From: a virus
Lineage: Duplodnaviria > Heunggongvirae > Uroviricota > Caudoviricetes
IMG/VR virus record: IMGVR_UViG_3300028840_000472
Strand: one strand, 5' to 3'
Length of the DNA: 24,082 bases
Each line of letters opens with the position of its first letter. Position 1 is the first letter of the stretch. Shown here piece by piece: positions 22,802-24,082 of this stretch. Position numbers and translations under genes: made by a program. The notes beneath the pieces are model-generated. The model was not told the origin of the DNA. It did not search any database and saw nothing but the letters and a program-made list of their open reading frames with translations.

Positions 22802-23290
22802 TTACGGGTTCAGGTACACCCTGTCTGTTTCCTGCTGTATAGGTATGCTTTGGTTTGTATTCGATAGAACAAGATTTAGCAGTCTTTCTTCTTTGAAGTC
22901 TGTATGGAATATTACCGCGAACATGTCCACATCGGAACCTTGATACACGTAGTTGTATGTGAACGACGTCGCACCTAGACGATAAATTTGTAAGTTATCA
23001 ATCTTCCCCTTGAACGTATGCGCCTGCAGTCCGTGCACCTTGCTGGTCGTGTGCCCAGCCGATGCCGTCACTTCGTAGTCGTAATAGCCTTCGGATTCCG
23101 CGCTTGCACCGAATACCGTACTGCCGAACACTGGCTGCACTGCGCCGGCTGTGTACGAAGCGATCTGGAATACGATCTGGTACTGCACAGTATCGATCGG
23201 CAAGAACGACACTGTCGACGCCATCGACAGGGTCGATACCGTCGCACTGGCGACCGCCTTGCTGCCGGTTATCGTCCACGGATCAGGCAT
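22802..23290 (-). CDS. Virion surface protein, paralogue B (162 aa), CBM/jelly-roll-like N-terminal part
   Basis: Aligns end to end with residues about 40-200 of 23283..23885. ATGCCTGA overlap. Confidence 0.75.
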   Translation of the reverse strand: MPDPWTITGSKAVASATVSTLSMASTVSFLPIDTVQYQIVFQIASYTAGAVQPVFGSTVFGASAESEGYYDYEVTASAGHTTSKVHGLQAHTFKGKIDNLQIYRLGATSFTYNYVYQGSDVDMFAVIFHTDFKEERLLNLVLSNTNQSIPIQQETDRVYLNP

Positions 23291-23768
23291 TCTGGTACAC
23301 CCTGTCGACGCGTTGCTGGATCGGGATCGACTGGTCGGTGTTCGATAAGACCAGATTCTTCAGCCGGCGTTCGCGATAATCCAGATGGAACACAACGGCG
23401 AACGCATCGATGTCCGACCCCTGATAGCTGTACGTGTACTGGAACGTCTGCGGCGCTGTCAGGTCGTAGATCTGAAAATTGTCGACGTAGGCGTTCAGGG
23501 CACTGGCCTGCAGCCCGTGCACCTTGTTCCCTGCCTGCCCCGCCGATGCGACAAAGTCGTACGTGTAGATCCCCGGTGCTTTCGCTTCCGCACCGATGAC
23601 CGCACTGCCCAGTACCGGATAGACGCCGCCGCTTGAATAGCTCACGATCTCGAACGTCATGCGGTATTCGGTACTCGCAACAGCCGCGAAGGATGTCGTC
23701 GACACCATGTACAGCAGATCGCTTGTACCGTCCGCCCATGCTTGGCTTCCCGTTATCGTCCATACACC
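22802..23768. repeat. Diverged tandem duplication, unit about 485 bp
   Basis: CTGCAGTCCGTGCACCTTG (about 23023) versus CTGCAGCCCGTGCACCTTG (about 23508), plus a collinear protein alignment. Confidence 0.9.
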
Positions 23769-23885
23769 CGACTGTGGCGGCGCGGCACCGCCGCCGGTGC
23801 CTTGAAACGCCATGCCATTCCAGACATACGCATCGTCGCTGTCGTCATAAAAAATCGCACCGTCGAGTAGAAAAGCATTCGCCAT
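23283..23885 (-). CDS. Virion surface protein, paralogue A (200 aa)
   Basis: TAATG coupling to the upstream gene. WTITGS...KVHGLQA...VDNFQIY...YQGSDID...LVLSNTDQSIPIQQ. Confidence 0.78.
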   Translation of the reverse strand: MANAFLLDGAIFYDDSDDAYVWNGMAFQGTGGGAAPPQSGVWTITGSQAWADGTSDLLYMVSTTSFAAVASTEYRMTFEIVSYSSGGVYPVLGSAVIGAEAKAPGIYTYDFVASAGQAGNKVHGLQASALNAYVDNFQIYDLTAPQTFQYTYSYQGSDIDAFAVVFHLDYRERRLKNLVLSNTDQSIPIQQRVDRVYQNA

Positions 23886-24082
23886 TAACTCAGACCGATC
23901 TGCCAGTTCAGGTATATGCCGGTAAGACTTGACGTATACACTTCAATGCGCGGATGTACTACTGTCTTTTGCCCAGCGTCGCCAGACGTATCAAGTTCCA
24001 TTTTGTAATACTTCGGCGCAGTCAGCCCGCCCGTCCCGGTCCATGCCGTACCGTCAAGCGTTGACGATGCCAGCGTCGAACC
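23885..24082 (-). CDS. 3' end of an upstream structural-type gene (partial, 65 aa in window)
   Basis: Hand translation GSTLASSTLDGTAWTGTGGLTAPKYYKMELDTSGDAGQKTVVHPRIEVYTSSLTGIYLNWQIGLS*. Its TAA overlaps ATG 23885. Confidence 0.75.
   Translation of the reverse strand, partial: GSTLASSTLDGTAWTGTGGLTAPKYYKMELDTSGDAGQKTVVHPRIEVYTSSLTGIYLNWQIGLS

Larger units (their letters stand above)
1..24082 (-). mobile_element. Tailed phage/prophage virion morphogenesis module (head genes plus surface/accessory genes); both ends lie outside the window
   Basis: MuF, scaffold, P22-type coat and head-tail connector genes occur in canonical order on one strand with tight translational coupling. No host housekeeping genes are present. 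Free phage versus prophage cannot be decided from this window. Confidence 0.93.

Noticed and set aside
23283-23290. Programmed frameshift fusing the two paralogues
   Set aside because: No slippery heptamer at the junction, and each copy has its own complete C-terminal motif. A simple ATGCCTGA overlap explains it.
1-24082. Frequent GTCGAC, CGATCG and TCGA palindromes
   Set aside because: Most are explained by common Val-Asp, Ile-Asp and Ser-Ile codon pairs in GC-rich genes. Enrichment cannot be claimed without a codon-aware count.
1-24082. Stop-codon reassignment
   Set aside because: TAA, TAG and TGA all end genes at tight junctions, and coding density is already near complete under code 11.

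Overview
Continuous, single-strand (all minus) virion morphogenesis region of a tailed bacteriophage or prophage, roughly 55-60% GC by eye, standard code, with many overlapping stop/start junctions. No terminase, portal, integrase, lysin, tRNA or CRISPR array is visible in the window. In transcription order (right to left): a block of beta-rich virion surface proteins with shared modules, including a tandem paralogue pair; small hypotheticals; a Pro-rich protein with a hydrophobic N-terminus; a 2392-aa MuF (SPP1 gp7-like) head protein that carries a zeta-toxin-like P-loop kinase, an atypical HipA/PI3K-like kinase and a probable C-terminal ADP-ribosyltransferase; four small genes (candidate immunity proteins); a sigma70-like promoter; a DUF115/Maf-like transferase; scaffold; P22 gp5-like major capsid protein; a terminator; a glycan block (GT-A, gmd, SAM methyltransferase, KpsS/C-like GT-B, GT8-like) with a membrane protein and a Tat-signal protein inside it; and a head-tail connector cut by the window edge. 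The two strongest candidates for an undescribed system are (1) a multi-enzyme MuF effector with several possible immunity genes and (2) a glycosylation pathway of about six enzymes placed among the capsid genes, possibly glycosylating the virion. All family calls come from motif recognition by eye; no database searches were run.
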